A DNA stretch of 58,760 bases from Macrostomum lignano (lineage: Eukaryota): assembly GCA_002269645.1 (NCBI GenBank), contig NIVC01002576.1, forward strand, positions 1 through 58,760, read 5' to 3'. A program made the position numbers and the translations under genes. Every line of letters starts with the position of its first letter. Positions within the stretch are counted from its first letter, which is position 1. Of this stretch, positions 37,801 to 50,003 are shown piece after piece. A model generated the notes under the pieces. It was not told the DNA's origin and ran no database searches. It was given only the letters and a program-made list of their open reading frames with translations.

Positions 37801-40800
37801 GTATGGGATGGGTTTGGGTATGGGATGGGTTTGGGTATGGGATGGGTTTGGGTATGGGATGGGTTTGGGTATGGGATGGGTTTGGTTATGGGATGGGTTT
37901 GGGTATGGGATGGGTTTGGGTATGGGATGGGTTTGGGTATGGGATGGGTTTGGGTATGGGATGGGTTTGGGTATGGGATGGGTTTGGGTATGGGATGGGT
38001 TTGGGTATGGGATGGGTTTGGGTATGGGATGGGTTTGGGTATGGTATGGGTTTGGGTATGGGATGGGTTTGGGTATGGGATGGGTTTGGGTATGGGATGG
38101 GTTTGGGTATGGGATGGGTTTGGGTATGGGATGGGTTTGGGTATGGGATGGGTTTGGGTATGGGATGGGTTTGGGTATGGGATGGGTTTGGGTATGGGAT
38201 GGGTTTGGGTATGGGATGGGTTTGGGTATGGGATGGGTTTGGGTATGGGATGGGTTTGGGTATGGGATGGGTTTGGGTATGGGATGGGTTTGGGTTTGGG
38301 TATGGGATGGGTTTGGGTATGGGATGGGTTTGGGTATGGGATGGGTTTGGGTATGGGATGGGTTTGGGTATGGGATGGGTTTGGGTATGGGATGGGTTTG
38401 GGTATGGGATGGGTTTGGGTATGGGATGGGTTTGGGTATGGGATGGGTTTGGGTACCCCCTGCCTCTAGCCTCACTTGGCCTCGAGCGCCAGCGCGGCCA
38501 TGGCTGACACCATCGGTGCCGCAGCCGAGGTGCCGCTGAAGTCGGCTGCGCACTGGTGCCGCAGGTCGGTGGTGACCACCTGCTGCTGGCCGTCCTCGCC
38601 GCTCGAGTAGGCCGCCGTCATCGACGCCGAGCAGTCCTCGGCGTACCAGGGCGACTCCAGGCTCTGACTGACGCTGCTGACCGTCAGGGTGTACATCGAG
38701 GCCGAGTAACCATCGCAGTTGCAGTTGTCGCCGTTGCCGCCGCCGTTGCCCGACGCCCACACGTAGATGGCGCCGAGGCCTCCGCGCCCCTGTTCGGCGC
38801 CAATTTTCAGCGCCTCCCGCGCCAGATCGCCCGGCGCTTCCATGGTGGCGCCGTCGTCGCTGGGGCCCCAGCTGGACGAGTACACGTGCACTCTTGGCAG
38901 CGCGTGGGTGAGGCCGCGCGCCTCGCGCAGGTCGCTGGCGTCGTTCTCGAGAATTTTCACCCCGCTGATGCGGGCATTGAAGGCGACGCCGACCCCGCAG
39001 AAGGAGTTGTTGGCCGTCATGGCTATGACGCCGGAGCAGCGGGTGCCGTGCCTGCAGGTTGTTGATTGTGTTCTTAAGTCTATTATGCACTGTGGTTGCT
39101 ATGGTATCGCTGCTGTGTGTGTCGTAATTGCTATGTATATGCAGTGGTTGCTATGGGACTGTTAGTGTATGTGCGGTGGTTGCTATGGGATCGTTGGTGT
39201 ATGTGTGATGGTTGCTATGGTATCGCTGCTGTGTGTGTCGTAATTGCTATGTATATGCAGTGGTTGCTATGGGACTGTTAGTGTATGTGCGGTGGTTGCT
39301 ATGGGATCGTTGGTGTATGTGTGATGGTTGCTATGGCATCATATATTTAATGTTGGAGCCCCGCTAAGTTGTAAGTTTATTTCATGAATTAGTCTATAAA
39401 ACTTCATTGCACCTGTCACTCACCAGGTCCCGGTTCTGCCGTCCTCTCTGCGGGAGAGATTAAATTAATTGAAACTTATCATGCGCATTTAGAGGTGCAT
39501 TTTAGAATGCACTTCTGGCAGTCACATCTTTTATGCGAGTAGTTAAGATAGTGACTGCTAGAAGTGCATTCTAGGGAGTACATGATTCTGGGATGTACTA
39601 AATCATTGCTGGAGGGCACAGCAGCTCAGTGCCATTCACAGCCATCAAGGCCAACCCCCAAGGCGCAGTGAAGTGTACATGCGTAACGATAAATAAAGTT
39701 AGGGGCCGCTGTACACTCCTGTGTGAGTGTGTGCCTGTGCGTGTGACTGCGTACGTATCCACGCGCTTGTATGCCTGCTCAGGGGAGTCTGCGGAATGGG
39801 CAACAATGCCTCAGCGTTGGTTGCAGGATGAGGTCACCGAAAACGTTGCGCCAGGGTGGCAATTATTCTCGGGGCACTCACAGCTGCTCTCTGTAGTTAA
39901 AGTACACCGGCCTGGGCTCTCTGATGCCTCTCGCATAATCGTAGCTGATCTCAGGATCAAAGGCGCGCACCAGGTCGGGGTGATCGCTCTCAACTCCGTC
40001 GTCAATCACGGCGACCGTGACGCCTTGGCCGGTGAAATTCCACGACCAGACGGTAACCACGCCCATGAGGTCGAGGCGGGGCTCCCGCCTGCTGCTCCTG
40101 GCGTCGTGCAGGTACCACTGCCGCGGCCAGAACGGGTCGATAAACGGCTCGCCACCCGGCGACTCTGGCCGGTTCTGGCCGGTTGAGAATCGAGCCGAGG
40201 AGAACCGGCTTGAACCGGTTTGGACGCCGGGGTATTGCCAGTCTGGCGGGCTCTGGTCCCGGCCTGGGATCTGGCGGCGGATTGGGATAGGAGCATCAGG
40301 ATACCGGGAGAGGCGCTTTCTCTACCGATTGATTTTGGGGTCGGTTGGAATGGGGTCATTGGAATGGGATCATTGGAATGGGGTCATTGGAATGGGGTCA
40401 TTGGAATGGGGTCATTGGAATGGGATCATTGGAATGGGATCATTGGAATGGGATCATTGGAATGGGGTCATTGGAATGGGGTCATTGGAATGAGGTCATT
40501 CAAATGGGGTCATTCAAATGGGGTCATAGAAATTTGGTCATTGGAATGGGGTCATTCAAATGGGGTCATAGAAATGGAGTCATTGGAATGGAGTCATTGG
40601 AATGGAGTCATTGGAATGGGGTCATTGGAATGGAGTCATTGGAATGGAGTCATTGGAATGGAGTCATTGGAATGGAGTCATTGGAATGGAGTCATTGGAA
40701 TGGAGTCATTGGAATGGAGTCATTAGGATGGGGTCATTGGAATGGAGTCATTGGAATGGAGTCATTAAAATGGTGTTATTGGAATGGCGTCATTGAAATG

Positions 40801-42110
40801 GCATCTCGAAAAGGTGTTATGATTATCAAAACATGATTAAATTGCTGCATTTTTAAAGGTCCTGCGTGTGGGTTTCAGAACTTTTCGGATTTCCCTCATC
40901 TCATATCAGCTGACCTCACCTCGCTCAGCTTCAGCAAGTCTCTCTTAGTCCTTTTAGTAGCAGACTGGTAGGAGACCCAAGCAACATCTGGATGCGTGTG
41001 CAGGCTGCGGTTAATCCTGAGCTGCAGCGGAGCCAGCAGGAAATTTCTCCCAACGCTTTGGTTGCCGGACTCGGACAAGCGGAAAATGAATTTGTTCCTC
41101 AGGTAGGGGATCTGCATAATTGCATTTAAGTGGGTAGGAGAACTCGATAAACGATTAGATTTTTCTATCGGTCAGGTGTCTCAGATTTGTTATCAATGAC
41201 TCACCTTTCCTTCGTTAATTAAACCGAGCGAGTCCGCCACCCACTGAGCCACTGGGCTGCCTCCGTCTATTTGTGCCACCCAAATATGCTGGAAACGATG
41301 GGTGTGGGATATTGGGTGTGGGATATTGGGTGTGGGATATTGGGTGTGGGATATTGGGTGTGGGATATTGGGTGTGGGATATTGGGTGTGGGATATTGGG
41401 TGTGGGATATTGGGTGTGGGATATTGGGTGTGGGATATTGGGTGTGGGATATTGGGTGTGGGATATTGGGTGTGGGATAGTGGGTGTGGGATATTGGGTG
41501 TGGGATATTGGGTGTGGGATATTGGGTGTGGGATATTGGGTGTGGGATATTGGGTGTGGGATATTGGGTGTGGGATATTGGGTGTGGGATATTGGGTGTG
41601 GGATATTGGGTGTGGGATATTGGGTGTGGGATATTGGGTGTGGGATATTGGGTGTGGGATAGTGGGTGTGGGATATTGGGTGTGGGATATTGGGTGTGGG
41701 ATATTGGGTGTGGGATATTGGGTGTGGGATAGTGGGTGTGGGATATTGGGTGTGGGATATTGGGTGTGGGATATTGGTGTGGGATAGTGGGTGTGGGATA
41801 GTGGGTGTGGGATAGTGGGTGTGGGATAGTGAGTGTGAGATAGTGGGTGTGGGATAAGGTGGGTTGGATGGTTATTGTTAGATAGGTTGCGTGGGATAGG
41901 TTGCGTGGGATAGGTTGTGTGGGATAGGTTGTGTGGGATAGGTTGCGTGGGATAGGTTGTGTGGGAAAGGTTGTGTGGGATATGTTGTTTTGCATATGGA
42001 AACAATGCACTTACCTCATCGCCCCGAACCAAGGCGGTTTCACTGCTCCAGCCTGTTACCAAGACAGCCAGCAAAAGCTTCACAAAACGGCAGTTCGAAA
42101 GACTAAACAT
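34858..42110 (-). CDS. Kexin/furin-family proprotein convertase (678 aa, 9 exons, no TM or Cys-rich region)
   Basis: Exons 42110-42015, 41288-41205, 41111-40920, 40321-39882, 39051-38476, 37301-37059, 36549-36398, 35185-35052, 34977-34858 total 2037 nt in frame. Signal peptide, prodomain ending RTKR, catalytic VIDDG, HGTRC and GTSAAAP, oxyanion WASGNGG, P domain (LEHVQL...HFWGENPAGKWRLVIED). Subfamily not assignable by eye. Confidence 0.93.
35220..35827. repeat. 20-bp array in convertase intron 7
   Basis: Unit gtaggatgcagga(t/g)tttact. Confidence 0.97.
36600..37035. repeat. About 27-bp array in convertase intron 6
   Basis: Unit gatggttgctatggcatcgctttttgt. Confidence 0.9.
37325..38455. repeat. 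17-bp G-tract array in convertase intron 5
   Basis: Units gggatgggttttcagtgt then gggatgggtttgggtat. Confidence 0.97.
39090..39340. repeat. ggttgctatgg-based higher-order array (period about 117 bp) in convertase intron 4
   Basis: Shares its core with the 36600-37035 array. Confidence 0.88.
39618..39860 (+). mobile_element. 5'-truncated SINE copy
   Basis: ggccaacccccaaggc...tgtgtgagtgtgtgcctgtgcg...ctcaggggagtc...tgcgccagggtgg matches the other two copies. Confidence 0.78.
40345..40800. repeat. 14-bp array in convertase intron 3
   Basis: Unit cattggaatgg(g/a)gt. Confidence 0.95.
41300..41990. repeat. 14-bp array in convertase intron 1
   Basis: Unit gggtgtgggatatt. Confidence 0.96.
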
Positions 42111-42494
42111 TTCGTATCTCTGACAGTGAAGGAGTTGCAAGCGGATTTGGTCTGACGGGACCAGCCAGTCTTATATGTCAGCCGGAGACAGCCGCTCAAG
42201 AAAGTAAATAGGAAATCACCGAACTCTTGTTGAATCAGTTTTTGTGTTTGAGGCAGCTAAGGGTTTGTGTTTGCACTCATTCTGTTTAATACCTTGAGGT
42301 GTTCCGGCAACTCTGTTCACAAATTCGTAAGTTTTTGCGACAGATTTTGTCAAAATGTAACTAATTGTGCCCCATTCTATTAAGTGCTACTTACTAATTG
42401 AAGTCAGTAGTGAATTTAGAAAATTAAACGAATAAAATAAATCAATTTTTTAGAATGTTGGATAAGACTTCACAATTTAAGAATTCTATTACAG

Positions 42495-42895
42495 CCCCTG
42501 AATTTTACAACCCCTGAGTTCTACAACCCTGAGTTCTACTACCCTGAGTTCTACAACCCTGAGTTCTACACCCCTGAGTTCTACAACCCTGAGTTTTACA
42601 ACCCTGAGTTCTACACCCCTGAGTTCTACAACCCTGAGTTTTACAACCCTGAGTTCTACACCCCTGAGTTCTACAACCCTGAGTTTTACAACCCTGAGTT
42701 CTACACCCCTGAGTTCTACAACCCTGAATTTTACAACCCCTGAGTTCTACACCCCTGAGTTCTACACCCCTGAGTTCTACACCCCTGAGTTCTAAACCCC
42801 TAAGTTCTACACCCCTGAGTTCTACACCCCTGAGTTCTACACCCCTGAGTTCTACACCCCTGAGTTCTAAACCCCTGAGTTCTACAACCACTAAA
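42495..42895. repeat. 15-bp array upstream of the convertase
   Basis: Unit aca(a/c)ccctgagttct. Confidence 0.95.
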
Positions 42896-44113
42896 TTTTT
42901 TCAACCCTAATTTTTATCTCGTACAACCCCATTTTCTCCGAAATGTCTGATAGAGGAGCGTATTACCCCCTTCGAAAATGATGAGCGATGCTTCCAAAAC
43001 TTCTTTCTCCCTTGGATTCGAGCTCAGGACTTTGAATTAACATCGACTCGTACGACGTAAATTCAAATGGCGCAAGTGTAGACGAGATAAATCCTGATTG
43101 ATGGGATGAGGAGTTTATGACAGGATAATCCCCTCTCTCACTCTATCTTTCAAGTCCCTCTCCAGATTCACGATTTTGCACGCTTCGGGGCGCCCGAGAA
43201 CTTCAATCTCATCCATCAAGCTGCGCCCAGCCTGCCGCCTCCAATCTGACGTGCGGGAGATTTAACGGCCTGCGAGATGCCAGCCCCGGTCAAGGACTCC
43301 TTGAATCAGCAACTGGAATAGAAACTCCTCCCCCACAAGTCAGACTTCGGCCCCCACTTAAGCAATATTAAGTTGAGAACGCAAAAAAATCATCTATTTC
43401 TCATTTCTCTCCTCTCCTCTCTCTTCTCTCCTCTCTCCTCTCTATTCTCTCCCTTCTCCTCTCCCTTCTCTCCTCTCTTCTCTCGCATCTCCCTCCTCTC
43501 CTCTCTCCACTCCCTTTTCATCTTTCCTTTCCTTTCGTCTCCTCTCTTCTCCTTTATTCCCGCGTATCTTCTATCTCCAATCTCTCTTCTCTCTTCTTTA
43601 TTCCCTCTCCTCTCTCCCCTCCTCTGGCCTGCAGCCATACGGTGAATTGTCCGTCTAGTGTTTGAGGTGCAAATGTTTAAAGACCTGCACTGTCATGGAC
43701 AGATACATTTAATAACTGAATATCAGCTATTTGGCAATATGGTTTCCACTCCATATTCTAGTTGAAAGTGTCCTTGTCACCAGGTCAGTAAAGTGGTGGG
43801 CCATGAAGCAGCCAAGCCAGTGAGTTAAGTGGAGAATCGCTGCAGTGGATTCGGGGGCTCCCTGAGATGCTGAGGCCGCCCCCCTATTCAGCTGAGTGAT
43901 GCAACCCATCAGCAGGAGATGCTTAGGCCAATCCATCAATCACAAGCACGCTGCACTGCCGGGAACAGGGAGCCAAGACTGAAAGCATCTCTCACTCTGC
44001 ACCCGCTGCCACTGACACGATAGCGGGGGAAAATTCTCCCAAACATAGCCCTTATACTAGTCCTCGACATGCAACCCTCCCGTGCCCAGAAGCGCAGCTT
44101 TGACAGGTGATGC

Positions 44114-44768
44114 TGATTGACAGGAGGTTATCAGAGAGCGGGTCGGTGGGTTGGGACTGGGGTCGTGTTGGCCAAGCCAAGATTTTTGCGGATGCGCTGT
44201 TTTCCGTTTACCCCATCAGCACCCCCCCCCCACCTCACACAGTGGGCCAAGGAATCCATGGTCCTCCTAATCCTAAACAGAAGGCGATGGAGGGGCCAGA
44301 GATTCGAGTTTCGAGTGCACCAATGCAGCCACCAACAGTGCTTCTCTTGGGGCCAGAGAAAAATTTTGTATACCCGAAACTCTTGCCTGATTAGGACCCT
44401 TACAGAGTTGAGTGTGGAATTTCATAGGAAACAATTCCTCTTTCGGTGTCCAGTCGGCTGTTTTCTGCTGCTGTCTTCTTTTGCCATTTTTCTCTAAAGT
44501 GCGCAACAAAATGCAGCAGACAGGGGAGCAGCACCGCCGGGTCATTGGAACCGGAGATTTGCCAAAAACTTTCTTGACAGGTCAGACAACGGCTCTCAAG
44601 GCTGCTGTTTATCGCGAAGAAAAGTGTAGCGACCGACCATTCTGGACTAATTGTCTTTGACTTTCCTGGAAAAGAGCTAATTGCAGCCCGGCTATTGTTG
44701 CTGGTAATGATTTTCATCCCCCAGCTAAATAGGGGTCGCTATGGATTCGCCTTAATTTTGATTGACAG
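44114..44768 (+). promoter_or_regulatory. Two perfect TGATTGACAG (Pbx-Meis/Prep-type) motifs upstream of Wnt
   Basis: Exact decamers at 44114-44123 and 44759-44768, with extra TGACAG at 44101 and 44575. Function not shown. Confidence 0.35.
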
Positions 44769-45004
44769 GTCAGAAAATTTGATTTTTTGGTTAATTGATT
44801 TGCTAGTTAGGTTAATCACTGTTGTACTGCTTGCTAATTAATCCACTCCTCAATTATAGCGGTCAATGAGTGACACTAAATGGCTATGAGAATTCAATTT
44901 AACAGTAGTGAGACAGCCGTTTGATGCGATCTAGACTCTTGTGCGTTTGGCTCAGGGATCGGCAAGTTTTTTCTTTAATTTTTGGAGCAGGTAAAGAACC
45001 TAGC

Positions 45005-45720
45005 GAATGAGAAGAGAGCTGAGAAGAGAGAGAGCTGAGAAGAGAGAGAGCTGAGAAGAGAGCTGAGAAGAGAGCTGAGAAGAGAGCTGAGAAGAGAGCT
45101 GAGAAGAGAGCTGAGAAGAGAGCTGAGAAGAGAGCTGAGAAGAGAGCTGAGAAGAGAGCTGAGAAGAGAGCTGAGAAGAGAGCTGAGAAGAGAGCTGAGA
45201 AGAGAGCTGAGAAGAGAGCTGAGAAGAGAGCTGAGAAGAGAGCTGAGAAGAGAGCTGAGAAGAGAGCTGAGAAGAGAGCTGAGAAGAGAGCTGAGAAGAG
45301 AGCTGAGAAGAGAGCTGAGAAGAGAGCTGAGAAGAGAGCTGAGAAGAGAGCTGAGAAGAGAGCTGAGAAGAGAGCTGAGAAGAGAGCTGAGAAGAGAGCT
45401 GAGAAGAGAGCTGAGAAGAGAGCTGAGAAGAGAGCTGAGAAGAGAGCTGAGAAGAGAGCTGAGAAGAGAGCTGAGAAGAGAGTTGAGAAGAGAGCTGAGA
45501 AGTGAGCTGAGAAGAGAGCTGAGAAGAGAGCTGAGAAGAGAGCTGAGAAGAGAGCTGAGAAGAGAGCTGAGAAGAGAGCTGAGAAGAGAGCTGAGAAGAG
45601 AGCTGAGAAGAGAGCTGAGAAGAGAGCTGAGAAGAGAGCTGAGAAGAGAGCTGAGAAGAGAGCTGAGAAGAGAGCTGAGAAGAGAGCTGAGAAGAGAGCT
45701 GAGAAGAGAGCTGAGAAGAG
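45005..45720. repeat. (CTGAGAAGAGAG)n 12-bp array
   Basis: About 59 near-perfect copies. Confidence 0.98.
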
Positions 45721-45721
45721 A

Positions 45722-45822
45722 CGCAAACCTTGAGCGGGCCGGATTGCTATGGGAAGTTTCAAAGGATCCGAGGGCCGGCTAGAGAGCATGTGGCCCGCGG
45801 GGCCGGAGTGTGCCAACCCCTG
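45722..45822. mobile_element. hAT/Charlie-like MITE end, related to the sequence at about 19715-19800
   Basis: ...ggcccgcggggccggagtgtgccaacccctg terminus; shares gattgctat.gaagtttcaaagga.ccga.gg.c.g.tagagag with the 19.7-kb segment. Confidence 0.4.
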
Positions 45823-46045
45823 ATTCAGATAGATAAGAACAGTGTGGTCAATGCCGGGCCAATTACCGCATAGGAAAGCTCTGATTGGCTGAGAGTTCGC
45901 CCCCCCGTCCACTTCAGTACCGGCTTTCAATGTCTTCCACAGATAAACCACTGGCCCAGTCAAGCCGTCACTTCTCTCTGGTCTGGGTGAGATCTCTTCG
46001 ATTCAGAAGATTCCAATTAGCAATCTCTAGACAGGGACAACCGCG

Positions 46046-48519
46046 ATGAAGTCGCAGGAGTCTGACTCGGCCGACACAGACGGATCGGAGGCTGCATCGG
46101 CGACGAGATCAACAGACTCGAATGTCTGGCGAATCCGCCGAATCAACTTCGTGATTGGCGTTGCGGTGCTCTGCTGGATCGTGGCGGCTTGTCCGTATGC
46201 GGATGGGTGAGTAGAATTTAGGGAGGGTTAAAATAGAATTTGGGAAGAGTTTGAGAATGTAGGGATAATGGCATAATACATATATATTTACAATGTAGGG
46301 TAAATTTTATAGTGCTTTGGAAGTAGATCTGAGTATAGGGATTAACGGTATTGGGTAGAACAGAGCTTAAACTTACTTAAGAATCAGACAAAATCTTCCC
46401 AAACTCTGGAATTCGCAGAAGCATATTCGGCTACAAAAGCTCCGGCAGGCGAGACCCGGCAAGCAGCGGCAGCGACGGCGTCGGTAGCGACTCCGACAGC
46501 GACCGATTCAATGCGCAAACTTTTCTCCACTTTCTCACGACAAGTCGGGAGGCCATGTGCGGCATTGTCGGCGGTGTCGGTGGTGTCGGCGGTGTTGGCG
46601 GTGTTGGCGGCGGTGTCGGCGGTGTCGGCGGTGTCGGCGGTGTCGGCGGTGTCGGCGGTGTCGGTGGTGTCGGCAGGGTCAGTGGCGATGTCGGCGATGT
46701 TGGAAGTGGTGTCAGTGTTGTCGGCGGCGGCAGCGGCGGCGAGCTGTCGGTGCCGGGCAGTCGCCAGGCGGCCTACTGCCGCGAGGCCAGCCTATCAGAC
46801 CAGTTTGTGCACATCGGCCTGTCCAATGGCTACAAAATCTGTCAATCGATGTTTCGCAACGAGCGCTGGAATTGCACTTTTGCTGCGCCGTTTCTTAACT
46901 CGGGTGAGCTGGTATGAACCATAAGCCAATGGTAAACAAAAGTCAATTAGCAACCACAAGGAACCATTGGAAGCCACAGGAAACCATTGGCAACCACAGA
47001 AAGCCATTGAAAACTACAGGAAACCATTGGAAACCACAGAAAGCCATTGAAAACCACAGGAAACCATCGAAAACCACAGGAAACCATTGGCAAATACAAG
47101 CAACCATAGGCCTAAAATTTCTAAAAATGAGCGCATAATTGCCATTCCAACTCCTCCTCAGGATATCCGCAGGCGGCCTTTGTATGGGCCATCTCGGTCA
47201 GCAAAGCCATCGAGGAGCTGGTCATGGCCTGTCGCCGCGGCGTCCCCGGCCTCAACTGTCCGTGCCACCAGACGCCCCGTCAGCGAGTCGGCCGAAGAAA
47301 CAAAGACCAACAGCGCCAGAATCGACGCAAGAATCGGCGCAAAAACCGGCGCCAGAATCGACGCCGCAGACCGAACGATCGTCGAGAGCGACCGCGTCGA
47401 AGCATCGCGCTGGGCAAAGAGCAGCTGAAGATGCTGAACCCGGAGAAGATCAGCGAGAAGTACGGTAACCTGAATGTGCCCACCTGTGACGACAACATCG
47501 CGCTGGCCAGCCAGAGGGTTCGACAGTTCTTCAGCGACTCGCGCGGATTCGCGCCGGACATGAATTTTATCGAGAAAGTCAACTTTCACAACAGACGGGC
47601 GGGTCACATTGTGAGTTGCGCTCGTTCAAAGATTACTCAGCCAGCCAGCCAGCACAAGGGGGGTGGGGCGCAAAAACTAACGGAAGAACAATTAATAAGG
47701 GAAAGGGAAATAGGGCTAAGGGAAAGCAAGCTTGGTGCGATACCCACTTCCCATCCCTGACGTTCCAAAAGTACGTACATGTATCTATGCACTTTCAAGA
47801 CTGCTTGCGTTGCCGCACGCAAGTTCAGATTATAGCTAACAAACACACTAAAGTGCACAACTTTGAAGGCTTAATAAACGCCAGAAAAGGGACCTGAGCA
47901 CCTAAGCACACGCACCAATCTGCAGGTGGTTAAGCGCAGTCGCATCAGCATCTGCAACTGTCTGGGCATCTCCGGCTCCTGCTCCAAGCGAATTTGCATC
48001 AAAGGCCTTCGCCGACATTCGCGCCGCATCGAGAGCAACCTGCAGAAGCTATTCGTCAAATCCAAGCACGTCCTGCCGCCGGCTGTCATTCAGCAGCTTC
48101 TGTCGCCGTCGGTCTCGACTTCGTCCACCGGAGCAGCATCCTCGACAGACAAGCGTCGGATCGGCCGGCGTCGCATGGCGTCGCAGCTTTTCTACCACGA
48201 CGAGCGGCAGCGTCGAGTAAAACGGGTGCGCAAGAAGCTGCTGGTGTACACCAACCAGCCGCCGGACTTCTGCCAGCGCAACGAGCTGGCCGGCTACTAC
48301 GGAGTTGACGAGCGGCTCTGCAACGTGACTGTGCCGCGCAGCAATCACAGGTCGTGCACTCACCTGTGCTGCGGCAACCGGAATCACCGGGTTGAGTATC
48401 ACTACAAGACCGACTGGTGCAATTGCGCAATGCGCTACAATCCAATCAAGGTGGTCTGCCAGCGATGCGAACAGCAAATCGAGCTGCACAGATGCCTCGT
48501 GCGCCGCGTGTTCTCGTAG
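46046..48519 (+). CDS. wnt: Divergent Wnt ligand (562 aa, 4 exons)
   Basis: Exons 46046-46206, 46419-46903, 47162-47610, 47926-48519 in frame. Motifs: CQSMFRNERWNC, AAFVWAIS...AC, CDDNI, NFHNRRAG, CNCLGISGSC, LVY...PDFC, C...CCG, CNC...CQRC...C. Subfamily unassigned. Confidence 0.9.
46940..47110. repeat. Degenerate 10-bp array in Wnt intron 2
   Basis: Units aaaccattgg/aaaccacagg. Confidence 0.85.
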
Positions 48520-49435
48520 GGACCACCGACACAGCCTCCCCAGATCCCAGATCCCGCCTCTCTCATCGCCTCAGTTCGAATTCTACCGGCATCTTAGCGC
48601 GCGGTGTTTCCCTTAGATACGATTTTGCAAACCCCGATTATCGACGCTTTTTCGGTAGATTTCCCCTCGAGTTAAAGCTTTGCTAGACCTGCTCCCGTTC
48701 TTGCCTTGCGCACAAGCCTAGCGAGTGTTGCTATAGGTTTAGCTGTAGGTTCGTATCCATGGGAACATTCTTTGCCCTTGAATTTGCTTACGCTCACTGT
48801 AACTTGTCTGTCTACAGCTCGTCATAAAACGTCATCCGTGATTCGAATTGCCCCCCCCCCCCAAACTTCATGATCTCATTATGGCTACTGATGGGCAATT
48901 TTGGGCCCGTTCCATTGTTAATTGCTTGTCTACCTCATCCACTTACCTAATGCAGAACTGTTAGTATGCTGTAAATACAGAATGACAGACTGTTTAAGAC
49001 AGCCTCTACATCTATCTATCCTGAACGCAAACATTTTGAAGTAACTTGTGAATGCATGCTTAACAGCGGCACTGCAATGCCGTGTGGGACTTTTTTGTAC
49101 CTAAAATAGCGGGACAGCCGCAAAATGTTCAGCCTCTATAAGTCAACCGCTGCAGCTGAAACTGTACTTGCTTTTATTGTACTGGCAGTGCTGCTAGATA
49201 TTGCGGGGCCACTGTACATGTGTACAAAGCACGTCTGTGTGTTGCAAAGCGCATGGCCCTCCTTCAACTTTTCGCTCTTGATAATATGCTGCTGCCATTG
49301 CTCTTGACTCTATTCAATAAAGCCGCACCGAACTCTGCTGGGCGAATATCTTTGCCCAATATGGCCTCGAAATGGCCATTGCTTTTGCTATACACTCTAC
49401 ACTTCGGATAACTGCTAATACACTGCTGCCTTTTG

Positions 49436-50003
<568 letters not shown>

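Noticed and set aside
37243-38539. Long GMG/WVW or PIP/HTQ ORFs, including the 564-aa minus-strand ORF
   Set aside because: Read-through of the 17-bp intronic array; the true convertase exon is in another frame and bounded by splice sites.
44953-45822. Single hAT MITE enclosing the 12-bp array
   Set aside because: Ends match 10/12 (CAGGGATCGGCA vs CAGGGGTTGGCA), but the 8-bp flanks differ (gtttggct vs attcagat), so it is not supported as one insertion.
44899-45963. 354-aa (ALFS)n and (RREL)n ORFs
   Set aside because: 12-bp array artefact.
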